A stretch of DNA of 64,000 bases from Candidatus Pelearchaeum maunauluense (GCA_030059675.1 JANVYQ010000003.1:32001-96000), one strand, 5' to 3'; numbered from the stretch's first letter, positions 10,843 to 21,719 are shown. The notes: a model not told the origin generated them from the letters alone. Numbers and translations: made by a program.

Positions 10843-11358
10843 TTAGGTCTCGATTCTGAAGAAACGTATGACCGCCTTAAGGAGAGCATACCCAGCCAAG
10901 ACTATCGCTATAATTGAGCCAGTTAAGACGCCGAGCCATGTATAGACGATTCCTGGGACGACGATTCCAAAGAGCTGGGTGTCTGGTATGTTGAGGAGTA
11001 GCTGTAAGTATGTTCCTACTATGAATGTTATTATGAGCGCCTGCACCACGGTGGCGACAAGTAGTTTTCCACGGAAACGAAAGTTCGCGGCCATTTTCCA
11101 TGCAACGTAGGTGGCGACGAGATTCGCTAGTGTTCCGCCAACTATATCCACAACCCCCAGCGGGCTAACGCTGTTAGCTACCAAAGTCCCGATGGTAATC
11201 CCCACCACCGCCGGCAGGCCAAAGACCATCGAGAGGGGAAGAAGCATATCAGCAACCCTCACCTGCACAACCTCAAAGCTTATCCCAGCCAGCCCTATAA
11301 CCCCAGCCGCGTATAATGCAGCCAGCAAAGCGGCGGTAGAGATATCCCGTAGCTTCAT
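10843..11358 (-). CDS. queT: QueT family (ECF S-component-like) transporter
   Basis: AALYAA..ISFEVVQVRVAD..GITIGTLVAN..GVVDIVGG pattern; the ATG at 11358 is preferred. Confidence 0.85.
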   Translation of the reverse strand: MKLRDISTAALLAALYAAGVIGLAGISFEVVQVRVADMLLPLSMVFGLPAVVGITIGTLVANSVSPLGVVDIVGGTLANLVATYVAWKMAANFRFRGKLLVATVVQALIITFIVGTYLQLLLNIPDTQLFGIVVPGIVYTWLGVLTGSIIAIVLAGYALLKAVIRFFRIET

Positions 11359-11492
11359 ACCAGAAATCCAAAACCATCCAACCAGACCCAAATAAAAAAC
11401 TGTCTTCTCCCCAGCCGTCTACATACTCTCTTTATCAGGGTTATTCGTATGGAAATCCTTATTAAAAGCCCCACAGGCCTCGCCGCCTGGAA

Positions 11493-13190
11493 GTGAAGAT
11501 AGAGATGGCAGTTATAACCGAGTCTGAGATTCTCCAGAAAAGCAAGAAGAAGCTTGTTACGAAGACTAGAAGTATATGCCCTGAGTGCAACAGGATACTC
11601 CCTGCCGACGTGGTAGAGGAGGATGGTAAGATTAAGATTTACAAAACATGCCCCAAGCATGGAGAGTTTGACGACCTATACTTCGGAGATGCCGAGATGT
11701 ACTACAAGTTCGCCCGCTGGCTCCATGATGGCAAGGGCACAGGCAACCCGAATGTCGAGATGCCCAAGTGCGCGTGCCCAGCCAACTGCGGGCTGTGCAG
11801 CAGCCACCTAAGCCACTCAGGACTAGCCAACCTCGTAATCACAAATCGCTGCGACCTACACTGCTGGTATTGCTTCTTCTACGCTGAGAAGGCTGGCTAC
11901 ATCTATGAGCCGACGCTAGAACAGATACGCGAGATGGCCGAGGCGCTGAAGGCGGAGCGACCAGTTCCAGGCAACTCCATACAAATCACGGGAGGCGAGC
12001 CTACGCTCCGCGACGACCTGCCAGAGATAATACGGATAATCAAACAAGCGGGTGTTGACCATGTACAGCTAAACACAAACGGGATAAGGCTGAGCCATGA
12101 CTTGGAGTACTTCAGGAAGCTGAAGGAGGCAGGCGTAAGCAACCTTTACATGAGCTTTGACGGCGTAACCCCGAAGACAAACCCGAAGAACCACTGGGAA
12201 GTGCCTAAGGTTCTTGAGAACGCACGTAAGGTGGGCGTGGGTATAGTTCTGGTCCCCACAGTTATCAAGAGCGTGAACGACCACGAGCTTGGAGACATAA
12301 TCAGGTTTGGCTTTAAGAATATAGACGTGATAAGGGCCGTGAACTTCCAGCCCGTCTCGCTCACGGGTAGGATGCCCAAGAAAGAGCGCGAGAAGTATAG
12401 GATAACTATACCCGACTGCATAATTAGGATAGAGGAGCAGACTAATGGGGAGATACCGCGCGACGCCTGGTTCCCAGTACCAGCATGCACACCGCTGACA
12501 CACTTCATAGAAGCGCTCACAAGAAGAGCGCACTACGAGCTGAGCATCCACTTCGCCTGCGGCGCGGGAACATACGTCTTCAAAGATGGAGACAGGATGA
12601 TACCGATAACCGAGTTCGTCGACATCGAGGGACTAATCAAATACCTACAAGACAAGACAGAAGAGATAGAAGCCGGAAAGAATAGGTGGTGGGTGGCTAC
12701 CAAAGTTCTATTCAACCTAGGTAAATTCATCAACGAGAAGAAACAGCCAAGCGGAATGAACCTAAAGCACATGCTCTACGACATCATGATAAAACACGAC
12801 TACAGCAGCGTGGGTAAATGGCACCTACGCAGTATGTTCCTAGGAATGATGCACTTCATGGACAAGTACAACCATGATGAGGAGCGGTTAAGACGGTGTG
12901 ACATACACTACCTAACGCCAGACCGTCGCATAATACCCTTCTGCGCCTTCAACGTAATCCCAGAGTGGTATCGTGATAGGATACAAGCCCAGTACGGAAT
13001 ACCTATTGAGGAGTGGGAGCGCAGGACCGGTAGGAAGCTTAAGGACGACTTTTACAAGCGTAAGCTACCGACAAAACAAACAACAGTTCCAACGGCCTCC
13101 ACTAAAACGGCTGGATTCGGAGGAATGAAGCAAATACCAGTAATCCAAGGAGGATCTTCCGAGGAAGGAGGCTGCGGATGCGGCCATTAA
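11493..13190 (+). CDS. tes: tetraether lipid synthase (Tes/GDGT-MAS), radical SAM
   Basis: N-terminal rubredoxin-like CPEC..CPKH, CPANCGLCSSH cluster motif, radical SAM CDLHCWYC, and C-terminal HFACG / RCDIHY..IIPFCAFN: the MJ0619 domain architecture. Confidence 0.9.
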   Translation: MKIEMAVITESEILQKSKKKLVTKTRSICPECNRILPADVVEEDGKIKIYKTCPKHGEFDDLYFGDAEMYYKFARWLHDGKGTGNPNVEMPKCACPANCGLCSSHLSHSGLANLVITNRCDLHCWYCFFYAEKAGYIYEPTLEQIREMAEALKAERPVPGNSIQITGGEPTLRDDLPEIIRIIKQAGVDHVQLNTNGIRLSHDLEYFRKLKEAGVSNLYMSFDGVTPKTNPKNHWEVPKVLENARKVGVGIVLVPTVIKSVNDHELGDIIRFGFKNIDVIRAVNFQPVSLTGRMPKKEREKYRITIPDCIIRIEEQTNGEIPRDAWFPVPACTPLTHFIEALTRRAHYELSIHFACGAGTYVFKDGDRMIPITEFVDIEGLIKYLQDKTEEIEAGKNRWWVATKVLFNLGKFINEKKQPSGMNLKHMLYDIMIKHDYSSVGKWHLRSMFLGMMHFMDKYNHDEERLRRCDIHYLTPDRRIIPFCAFNVIPEWYRDRIQAQYGIPIEEWERRTGRKLKDDFYKRKLPTKQTTVPTASTKTAGFGGMKQIPVIQGGSSEEGGCGCGH

Positions 13191-13245
13191 CTAAATCCTT
13201 ATTTTCCTCGATAATATAAAAGAATTTTTTGGAGTATTTTCAGCT

Positions 13246-14146
13246 CTAGGGGAGCTCAACCCAGTCATCTAGGAAGGAACGCGCGTGCTGTGTGTCAACG
13301 CGGTAGGCGAATGCGGAGCCCATGCAGTTTGCGTTTAAGACGAATAAGTTGACGCCTACTATCACTTCTTCTCCTGTTTCTGTTTTGTGGATTACGGGGC
13401 CTCCTGAGTCTCCGAAGCATGTTCCTCCTGAGCCTGTTCCTAGTCCTGGGTCGTTGGTGTATTGTATGTTGAATCCATCGTTGAGCGCGCTGCGCAGGTC
13501 TATGAGCATTACTTCACCCACGTAACGGGTTCGTTCTGCTTGGAGGAATGGCCTTACTGACTGAAGTCCATAGCCTACTACTGTGAAATGAACCTCTTGG
13601 AGCCCTCTTCGCGTGGCTAGAGCGTCCAAATAGCCTTCGGGGGCTAGCTTTCCATATTCTGGCAGATCTATCTCCTCGTCAAAGATTATTAGACCAACAT
13701 CATGGGTGTCGGGTATGGTTAGTCTTCCCGTCCACTCAGGATGTGCTATAGGTGTGCCTATCTCTCCTCCGCCGCATGGGTATCCTGCCACATCTGGCGT
13801 GCATGGTTCTCCAGGCTCCCAGTCAGGGTCAAGTTCTATGGGTCCTACTTCAAACCATACCTGCGCGTGTGTGGGTATTATGTCTAAGTCTGGGTCGTAG
13901 CCTGCGCAGTGGCCCGCAGTTAGGAATATGTTGGGCGCTATCTGCGCGCCGCTACACCTCCAATAGGGGTATTAGGTTTCCTTCCTCGTCGGTGGTGTAG
14001 AAGACCGCCAGCCCGACGTATGGGTATCTATTGTCAGAGTCGGGCTCCCCAAACTGTATAGCCAGGACACTGCCCTGCGCTAGGGCTGCCAACGTCAACG
14101 CTGCTATAACAAGCGATATGGGTAGCTGTTTTCCAAAGTTTTTCAT
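13246..14146 (-). pseudogene. secreted trypsin-like (S1) serine protease, frameshifted
   Basis: A signal-peptide ORF (13952-14146) shifts by one base near 13963 into WRCSGAQIAPNIFLTAGHC, continuing to HDVGLI and CFGDSGGP (complete His-Asp-Ser triad). Confidence 0.85.
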
Positions 14147-14220
14147 ATTAGCTATTTTAATTTCATGAATCCTTTATAAAATTTTATAATAAAACCACAA
14201 ACTTGATTATCGTTATATTG

Positions 14221-15189
14221 CTATTTCCGCGCTGTATGCCTTTTCGTGAGAGGCGGTAGGTCTGCTAACGTGGCTAATCCTACTCCTGTTTTGTGTATTA
14301 GTTTCGCTACGTTGAGTATTACTGAAGCCGTCGCTATATCTCCTGGTGTTCCGCTGCTTCTCCACGTTATGCTCGGCTCCCCCTCTATTCTTATCTCATC
14401 ATACTCCTCGTTATCCAGCCTGGCTACGAATCTAAGCCTTATCTGTATATTCTCCTTTGTTATGGCTTCTGCGATTCCCTGAAGACCCAAGGCCCGCCCA
14501 TCATCGCCCAGCAATGGTTTCTGCTCTTCATGAACATTTACGAGCTCCAGATTCAGCAGATGTGCGAGAAGAGCTATGGATTCTGCATACCCTACGTGGC
14601 CTGTAATCTTCCCAGAGTTCATTAACTCCATCCATTCATTCTCCGAAAGCCCTATTCCGATTTTCTTTTGGAAGCTTTGCCTACGTCTTGAAGCGTCAAG
14701 ACTTCGCGTTATGCTAATTGATTTTATCTCGTGGCATGGTGTTGTGAGTATTGCTGGCAGGTAGTCAAAGAGGAATCCTGGGTTTATGCCAGCTCCTACT
14801 ATTCTTGCCCCTCCTTTCTTTGCTTCTTCATTAAGCTGTGCTGCTAGTGATGGGTAGCGATAATAGGGATAGACTAGCGTCTCGCATGTTGATACTACAT
14901 CAACACCGAGCTTGGCGCATAGGCTTAGCTGCGGATATACCCTATCCAAGTAGCTGCCTGTGGCGTGTATTACTACGTCGGGCTTGGTTCCTTCAATAAC
15001 CCTCTCAGCATCACCATCGATTTTAACACCCATATCTCCTATCCTTAATACTTCACCGACATCTGCGCCCACTAAAGATGGATTAACATCAATCACCCCG
15101 ACGCATCTAAATCCCTGTCTCAACGCCAGAGCTGTTATAAGCCGTCCTATCTCACCAAAGCCATACATAACGAAAGTTTGGGGCTCCAT
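14221..15189 (-). CDS. NAD(P)-dependent amine dehydrogenase, 2,4-diaminopentanoate dehydrogenase (Ord)/DapB-like family
   Basis: GFGEIG Rossmann motif; VVSTCE, GINPGF, RRQSFQKKIG, GHVG and GDIATA motifs. Confidence 0.8.
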   Translation of the reverse strand: MEPQTFVMYGFGEIGRLITALALRQGFRCVGVIDVNPSLVGADVGEVLRIGDMGVKIDGDAERVIEGTKPDVVIHATGSYLDRVYPQLSLCAKLGVDVVSTCETLVYPYYRYPSLAAQLNEEAKKGGARIVGAGINPGFLFDYLPAILTTPCHEIKSISITRSLDASRRRQSFQKKIGIGLSENEWMELMNSGKITGHVGYAESIALLAHLLNLELVNVHEEQKPLLGDDGRALGLQGIAEAITKENIQIRLRFVARLDNEEYDEIRIEGEPSITWRSSGTPGDIATASVILNVAKLIHKTGVGLATLADLPPLTKRHTARK

Positions 15190-15468
15190 AACTACCGCTC
15201 CACCACACCCTTATTAAATAATAAAAATAATTCTTAACTACGTTGGAAATCCGCCGTAAGAGAGTTCTCTGGCCTCATCTTATATGGTGGAATCTGAACA
15301 GAGTCGTTTTAAGTAGTGATTCTACGTTAAATGGAGTTTTTTTACATTTTTTGGTTAAATGCGGGAAAAATCAACTTTGTGATTCTATCTAGGTGTTTTC
15401 ATGGATAAATTATGGTGGTTGTTTGTTGGTGCGGGATGGTGATTGGCAAGGAGAAGGCTGGTGGAGGC

Positions 15469-15825
15469 ATGATGCGGGTAGTGGGAAAGCACGTATATGG
15501 AAATCTCTATGACTGTGATTCATCCATCATTAATGATGAGCGAAGGCTTGTTCAGGTGGTTAGAGAAGCGGCCGAGATAGCCAACGCTACACTAGTGGAG
15601 GTATATTCATGGAGTTTCGGAGGAGACATGGGCGGAATCTCGGTAATAGCGCTGGTCAAAGAAAGCCATATAGCACTACACTCATGGAGCAGATACAATT
15701 ACGCAACTCTAGACGTATATACCTGTGGAGAGCACACCAACCCAGAAAAAGGATTTGACTACATAGTTGAAGCGTTAAAGCCCAGGAAAGTAGTTAAACA
15801 TGAGGCAAAGCGCTCATTAGAGTAA
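15469..15825 (+). CDS. pyruvoyl-dependent decarboxylase proenzyme (SpeD/SpeH fold), probably arginine decarboxylase type
   Basis: GKHVYGNLY, self-cleavage site ESH (VKESHIALHSW) and DVYTCG motif. Start uncertain (ORF is open from 15412). Confidence 0.9.
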   Translation: MMRVVGKHVYGNLYDCDSSIINDERRLVQVVREAAEIANATLVEVYSWSFGGDMGGISVIALVKESHIALHSWSRYNYATLDVYTCGEHTNPEKGFDYIVEALKPRKVVKHEAKRSLE

Positions 15826-15827
15826 TT

Positions 15828-16982
15828 TCACATTATAGCACCTTCCCTCTTTAAGGCTGTTATCTCCTCATTACCCATGCCGAGCATTCTAAGCACTTCC
15901 TCAGTATGTTCTCCGAGTTCGGGAGCATGCGCTGTTATTTCTTCGCTTCTTATACATGATGGTGTTGAGAGTATCGTAACTGGTCCAAGATTTGGATAAT
16001 CTTTACTGAATACTATATCCCTCTCAGCTACCAGCTCGCTCTTAAGCGCTTCATCAAGCTCTAGAACAGGAGCGAAGCACTCCACCTTGGAGTAAAGAAT
16101 CTCAACCCATTCTTCAAGGCTCTTCGTCCTAAATAGCTGGCGTAGCTCTTCGGTTGCTTTACTGTCGTATTGTTTTTCTATGAGGTCTTCCCTGCCTACT
16201 GTCTTACAGAACTTCTCCCATATATGCGGTTCTAGGGGCATTCCTAGAGTTATGTATCGCCCATCCTTCGTCTCATATACGTTATAGCATGGTAAGCCAC
16301 CCATCAATACATGCTCCCCACCCCGCGGCACTTTACCGCTTGCTAGATACTCAGCAATGAAGAGAGATATGAATGGAAATACGCTCTCAAACATCGTTAT
16401 GTCTAGCTGTTTCCCCCTGCCGCTTACTTGCCTCTCCAGAAGAGCTGAAAGTATTCCCAGCACTGCCGTTAATGCTGTGGCGAAATCAGCCAATAATACA
16501 CCAGGAACTATAGGCCTGCCGTTCTCCTGTTTCATCATGCCTAAAGCGCCTGTAAGCGCCATGATGTTTATATCGTGAGCGGAAAGCCCAGAATACTTAC
16601 CTCCATAACCAAATGCGGAGATTGAGCAGTAAATAATCCGTTCATTCAGTTTCCTAATTGATTCATAATCAATCCCTAGTCGTCTGGTTGTGGATGGATT
16701 AAAACCAATGATCACTATGTCCGAAACTTGGCATAACCTATAGAATATGTCGCGCCCAGCTTTTGATTTTAAATTGATGGCTATACTCTTCTTACCCCTA
16801 TTAACAATAAGATGTAAGATACTAACATCTCCACGTATTGCGAGTTTTCTAGTTGTATCGCCGACTCCTGGTTGCTCTATCTTTATAACCTCTGCACCAA
16901 GCTCTGCAAGAAGTAGTGTAGCGTAACTCCATGGTGGCATGTTTGTAAGGTCCAGCACCCTCACCCTGCTAAGCGGCCTCAT
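15828..16982 (-). CDS. family III CoA-transferase (CaiB/BaiF)
   Basis: RVLDLT..LAELGAEVIKIE, NRGKKSIAINLK and AHDIN motifs; C-terminal APELGEHT. Confidence 0.92.
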   Translation of the reverse strand: MRPLSRVRVLDLTNMPPWSYATLLLAELGAEVIKIEQPGVGDTTRKLAIRGDVSILHLIVNRGKKSIAINLKSKAGRDIFYRLCQVSDIVIIGFNPSTTRRLGIDYESIRKLNERIIYCSISAFGYGGKYSGLSAHDINIMALTGALGMMKQENGRPIVPGVLLADFATALTAVLGILSALLERQVSGRGKQLDITMFESVFPFISLFIAEYLASGKVPRGGEHVLMGGLPCYNVYETKDGRYITLGMPLEPHIWEKFCKTVGREDLIEKQYDSKATEELRQLFRTKSLEEWVEILYSKVECFAPVLELDEALKSELVAERDIVFSKDYPNLGPVTILSTPSCIRSEEITAHAPELGEHTEEVLRMLGMGNEEITALKREGAIM

Positions 16983-17093
16983 GCGAGATGAATCAGTAAC
17001 TACTATCGCATATTAGCATAATGAAAATTAACAGCGTTATTTCTCTATAGTTGGAGTCTAAATACTTAAAGCGTATAAGACATTCCACACTTA

Positions 17094-19019
17094 TTGATTA
17101 GTCCTATGCCCAGCGTAATCTTGGGTGAGTCTGGTAAGTCTGATTTTCTGATGGGAAACGAGGCAATAGCACGGGGAGCTTTGGAGGCAGGTGTCGCTGT
17201 CGCTGCAGGTTATCCTGGAACGCCTTCATCCGAGATAATAGATACGTTGCTGGAGGTAGCTGAGGAGTTTGGGATTTACGTAGAGTGGTCTGTTAATGAG
17301 AAGGTCGCTCTAGAGATAGCTCTCGCGGCAAGTTTCTGCTGGGCTAGGTCGCTCTGCGCTATGAAGCACGTAGGCCTAAACGTTGCCCACGACGCTCTAG
17401 TGAATGCCTGCTACATAGGAGCGCGAGGAGGCTTCGTAATAGTCTCCGCGGAAGACCCTGGAGCATGGAGCTCGCAGAACGAGCAGGACAACAGATACAT
17501 AGCCATGCAGGCCTACATGCCAGTCTTTGAGCCCTCAGACCCGCAGGAAGCAAAAGACATGATCGTCTATGCTTATGACTTCTCTGAGCAGCTGAATACT
17601 CCAGTCCTGCTCAGAACCGTGACGTGCGTAAGTCATTCTACGGGGAGTTTTGTCTTCGGCGATATCGTAAAGCCTGAAAGGCGGGTATATTTTGAGAAGC
17701 GGCCAGACTTGCTCATATACGATTCCGCCGGAGCTCGTAGGAATCGTCTAGCATTAATTAAACGATTCGAGAAAGTGCGGGAGGCAGTAAATAGCGTCCC
17801 CTTCAATAAGATGATGTTAAACGATGGCAGTGTGGGGGTTATTGTTTCAGGGGTAGCATACCGCTATGTGATGGAAGCTCTCAAAATTCTAGACAGAAAG
17901 GATAAAGTCTCTCTTCTGAAGATAGGTACACACTATCCCCCTCCAAGGGAAGCGATAGTAAGGTTCCTAGGCGCTGTTGATAGCGTCATGGTTGTTGAGG
18001 AGGTTGAGCCCATTCTAGAAACGCTTGTAAAGAGTATAGCTTATGAGGAGGATATAGATGTAGAGATTTGCGGACGGAGTATTCTTCCTAGAGGTGGCGA
18101 GCTAACCCCGCGCATAGTCTTGGAGGCGTTATCCAGCTTTCTAGACATAGATAATCCGCTTGATGCTGATGCGCTGGATAAGGCATGGGGCTACAGTAAT
18201 AGCCTGCCACCACCTAGGCCGCCTACCCTGTGCCCAGGCTGCCCACACAGGGCAAGCTTCTACTCAATCTCCACAGTGGCTAAGAGGCTTGACAGGAATC
18301 CCAAGCTCTACGGGCTGGACCAACTATATGGGGAGAAAACAGAAACAATACTGCCTGGCGATATAGGGTGCTACGGCCTGGCTTACCTACCGCCGTTCAA
18401 GGCAATAGACACGATAATCTGTATGGGCGCAGGCCTGGGGTTTGCCAACGGCCTAGCCAGGCTAGTAAAACAGCCAATAATAGTAAGCGTGGGAGATTCT
18501 ACATTCTTCCACGCAACAATACCAGCTCTGATAAACGCCGTCTACAACAACGCGCGGATAGTTCTGGTAGTGCTGGATAATGACGTAACAGCTATGGCTG
18601 GGGAGCAGCCCCATCCAGGTAGTAGCATCGTTTCCCAAGAGGGTAAGAGGCTTATAAAGATAGAGGACGTGGCCCGCGGATGTGGTGTGGAGCTGGTGCG
18701 CGTGGTCAATCCAGGAAACTTTGAAGAAACTCAAAAAGCGCTGGTGGATGCTCTGAAACATGATGGGCCGTCTGTCATAGTTCTTAGACGGCCTTGCGAG
18801 CTTCTACGAGTGCGTGAAAGGCTGCGCAAAGGAGAACCCCAGTCCCCATACATGGTGCTCACCGAGAAATGTACTGGCTGCATGATATGCATCAACCAGT
18901 TTGGATGCCCTGCTATAGTCAAAGCAGGTGATAAAGTGATGATAGATTCCTCCATCTGTACTGGATGCGGGGACTGTGCTAAGGTCTGTGTTCCTAAGGC
19001 TATTGTGACGTGTGGTTAG
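17094..19019 (+). CDS. iorA: indolepyruvate:ferredoxin oxidoreductase alpha subunit
   Basis: GNEAIARG, YPGTPSSEI, MKHVGLN, SSQNEQD, CPGCPH, GDIGCY, GDSTF and two C-terminal ferredoxin motifs. Confidence 0.95.
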   Translation: MISPMPSVILGESGKSDFLMGNEAIARGALEAGVAVAAGYPGTPSSEIIDTLLEVAEEFGIYVEWSVNEKVALEIALAASFCWARSLCAMKHVGLNVAHDALVNACYIGARGGFVIVSAEDPGAWSSQNEQDNRYIAMQAYMPVFEPSDPQEAKDMIVYAYDFSEQLNTPVLLRTVTCVSHSTGSFVFGDIVKPERRVYFEKRPDLLIYDSAGARRNRLALIKRFEKVREAVNSVPFNKMMLNDGSVGVIVSGVAYRYVMEALKILDRKDKVSLLKIGTHYPPPREAIVRFLGAVDSVMVVEEVEPILETLVKSIAYEEDIDVEICGRSILPRGGELTPRIVLEALSSFLDIDNPLDADALDKAWGYSNSLPPPRPPTLCPGCPHRASFYSISTVAKRLDRNPKLYGLDQLYGEKTETILPGDIGCYGLAYLPPFKAIDTIICMGAGLGFANGLARLVKQPIIVSVGDSTFFHATIPALINAVYNNARIVLVVLDNDVTAMAGEQPHPGSSIVSQEGKRLIKIEDVARGCGVELVRVVNPGNFEETQKALVDALKHDGPSVIVLRRPCELLRVRERLRKGEPQSPYMVLTEKCTGCMICINQFGCPAIVKAGDKVMIDSSICTGCGDCAKVCVPKAIVTCG

Positions 19020-20139
19020 AGCTATGAAGGTGGATAAAATCATCTCGAGTGTCGGTGGTCAGGGAACTATGCTGGCCGCCCGCGTGTTGGGCAGAGCCGC
19101 CTGCCGAGCAGGGGTAAACGCCCTAGGAGCAGAGCTTCTTGGACTCTCACAACGCGGCGGCTCGGTAGTAAGCCATATACGAATAGGAGACGATACATAC
19201 TCACCAGTGATAATGGAAGGCACGGCAGAGGGAGCTGTGGCGGCCGTCCCCAAGCTAGCCGCCGCGGGAGTTCAGATAATAGTAGGCCCTCTAGCAACCA
19301 TTGAGACCAAAGCCGTCTTGGATTTCCTGAACTCTAGGAAGATAGTTGCGATAAGCCCATCAAGCACGGGAACCGCCGCGCGTGTTAAGGATGACTTCGT
19401 ATTCAGGATGCCGCCCCCAGACGTTTATCAAGCCCCAGCAATAGCTAGGATTGCGTGGGAGGTTGGTATAAGAAATCTGGTCATACTCGCTAGGAATGAT
19501 GATTATGGTAAGGGGCTTGCCGATGGTGTTGAAGAGACGTTCATACAGCTCGGTGGTAAGGTTACCAAGCTGCTCTACGACTATACTCAGCCAGACCTGA
19601 GCGCGGATGTTGAGCGAGCAAGCGCGGCTGTGGCTAACTATGGGGCTAACGAACAAACGGGCGTGGTCGTGATAGGGTTTGACGAGACGGTCAAAATATA
19701 CGACAGGGCCAGGCTTGACCCCGTGCTATCTGAGGTTAGGTGGTTCGGTAACGACGCCGTAAAGAGGCCGACCTTCCTACCTCCCGAATCCAAGGAGGAG
19801 ATAGCCGAGTTCCAGAGACAGGTACGCATACTCGGAACAGCCCCAGCGGTAGGGCCTGAAGACAACCTATTAGTCAAGAGATTCGTTGAGCGTTATAAGG
19901 AGAGATTTGGCGAGGAACCAAGCCTCTACTCATACTACGCATACGACGCAGCCATGGTTGCGATGCATTACTACGGCGTAACTGGCTGGAAGCTGCTGGA
20001 CGAGTATGGAGACAACGCTACTCCCCTATATGACATATGGACTGTAGTTAAACAGCCAGACGGAACATGGACCTTCAAGGTAGTCGGACTATACGACGGG
20101 GCTACGGGCTCCATCAAATTCTACGAAGAAGTTGGATGA
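19012..20139 (+). pseudogene. in-frame chimera: N-terminal part of IorB fused to a truncated branched-chain amino-acid ABC substrate-binding protein
   Basis: The first ~70 aa are IorB (VGGQG, GLSQRGGSV.SHIRIG, YSPVIMEG); the rest is LivJ/K-like (IIVGP, ISPSST, RNDDYGKGL, YAYDAA, GVTG). Confidence 0.85.
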
Positions 20140-20230
20140 CCTAGCAAAACCATTACTCCCATATCTCCTCTTCTATTATTTTTGGCGTTAAGATACATAA
20201 ACACCCAATAATGTTGGGCGAGTGTGCGGT

Positions 20231-20995
20231 ATGGCTGAGATACTGGCGACACGCGAATTAACAAAAAAGTTCGGCGGCCTCATAGCAGTGAATAACGTAA
20301 CTATGAGCATTAATCGCGGTGAGGTAGTAGGTCTAATAGGCCCTAACGGGAGTGGGAAAACAACACTAATAAACGTAATATCAGGCCTTTACAAGCCTGA
20401 CGCTGGGAAAGTTTACTTCAATTGAGAGGATATAACTGGTCTTGGTGCTTGGGATGTTTTTAAGAAGGGGTTGGTGAGAAATTTCCAAGTACCCAGACTT
20501 TTTGGCGGTATGCTGGTCTTTGAGAATGTTATGACTGCTTTCCGCGGCCAGAGGGGTGAGAACCCTATTCTGGCTCCGTTTAAATCCATGTGGGGGGAGC
20601 AGGAGATTAGCCTAGCTAGAGACGCGCTAAACATACTCTCACAGCTACAGCTGGCCCATGTAAGGCTTAATTGGGCTACGGAGCTAAGCGGCGGGCAGAT
20701 GAAGCTCGTTGAGATGGCCCGCTCACTAGCCTCGCAGCCCCAGATGCTACTCCTAGACGAGCCAGCGGCTGGAGTAGCTCCCAAACTAGCCCACGAAATA
20801 TTCAAAAACATAATAAAACTAAACAAAGAACTGGGAATAACATTCATCATAATAGAACACCGCCTGGACATACTATTCTACTACGTGGAACGCGTATTAG
20901 TCATGAACAATGGAAAACTAATCTTTGACGGAAGGCCTGAGGATGTTTACAAGGATAAGCTGGTCATAGAGGCTTATCTTGGTGAGGCTGAATGA
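20231..20995 (+). pseudogene. livG: branched-chain amino acid ABC ATPase LivG with an in-frame stop
   Basis: Walker A GPNGSGKT and LLLDEP lie in the same frame, interrupted by TGA at 20423-20425 (VYFN*EDITG, where Gly is expected). Confidence 0.85.
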
Positions 20996-21711
20996 GTAAT
21001 GCCATAATCGAGGCTAGGGGAGTTACTGCTGGTTATGGTAAGTCGGTGATAATTGAGGATAATGATATAGTTATTGAGCGGGGTAAGATTACCTCTATAG
21101 TTGGGCCTAACGGCAGTGGGAAGAGTACGCTTCTAAAAACGATTGTCGGGCTTACGCGTCTTTTTGCGGGGCATATAATTTATGATGGCCATGAAATAAC
21201 GCGTATGCAGCCTGAGGAGAGGAGTAGGATAGGTATTGGATACGTGCCGCAGATTGCTAACATCTTCCCCAACCTCACGATAATTGAGAACCTTGAGATA
21301 GGCGGCTACATGAGGAAGAGTAAGGAGGAGGTTAAGCACGATATTGATGAGGTGATGGATATCTTTCCTGTTTTGCGTGAGCGTGCGCGGCAGAAAGCTG
21401 GGACGCTAAGCGGAGGGGAGCGGCAGATGCTTGCTATGGCGCGCGCTTTGATGGCAAAGCCGAACATACTCCTGCTTGACGAGCCTGCTGCCGCTCTAGC
21501 TCCTATAGTGGTTTCACGCATCTTTGCGAAGATTCGCGAGATTGTTAGTAAGGGGATAACCGTAGTGCTCGTTGAGCAGCACGCAAAACGCGCATTAGAG
21601 TTATGCGACTACGGGTATGTAATGACTAGTGGAAGAATAGCCATGCGGGGAAGCGGCAGGGAAATACTCTCCGACGAGAAATTTGTAGAGGCCGTCCTAG
21701 GGAGGAGGTAA
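20992..21711 (+). CDS. livF: branched-chain amino acid ABC ATPase LivF
   Basis: GPNGSGKST, LSGGERQMLA, LLLDEP and VEQH motifs. Confidence 0.92.
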   Translation: MSNAIIEARGVTAGYGKSVIIEDNDIVIERGKITSIVGPNGSGKSTLLKTIVGLTRLFAGHIIYDGHEITRMQPEERSRIGIGYVPQIANIFPNLTIIENLEIGGYMRKSKEEVKHDIDEVMDIFPVLRERARQKAGTLSGGERQMLAMARALMAKPNILLLDEPAAALAPIVVSRIFAKIREIVSKGITVVLVEQHAKRALELCDYGYVMTSGRIAMRGSGREILSDEKFVEAVLGRR

Positions 21712-21719
21712 GGCGCCCC

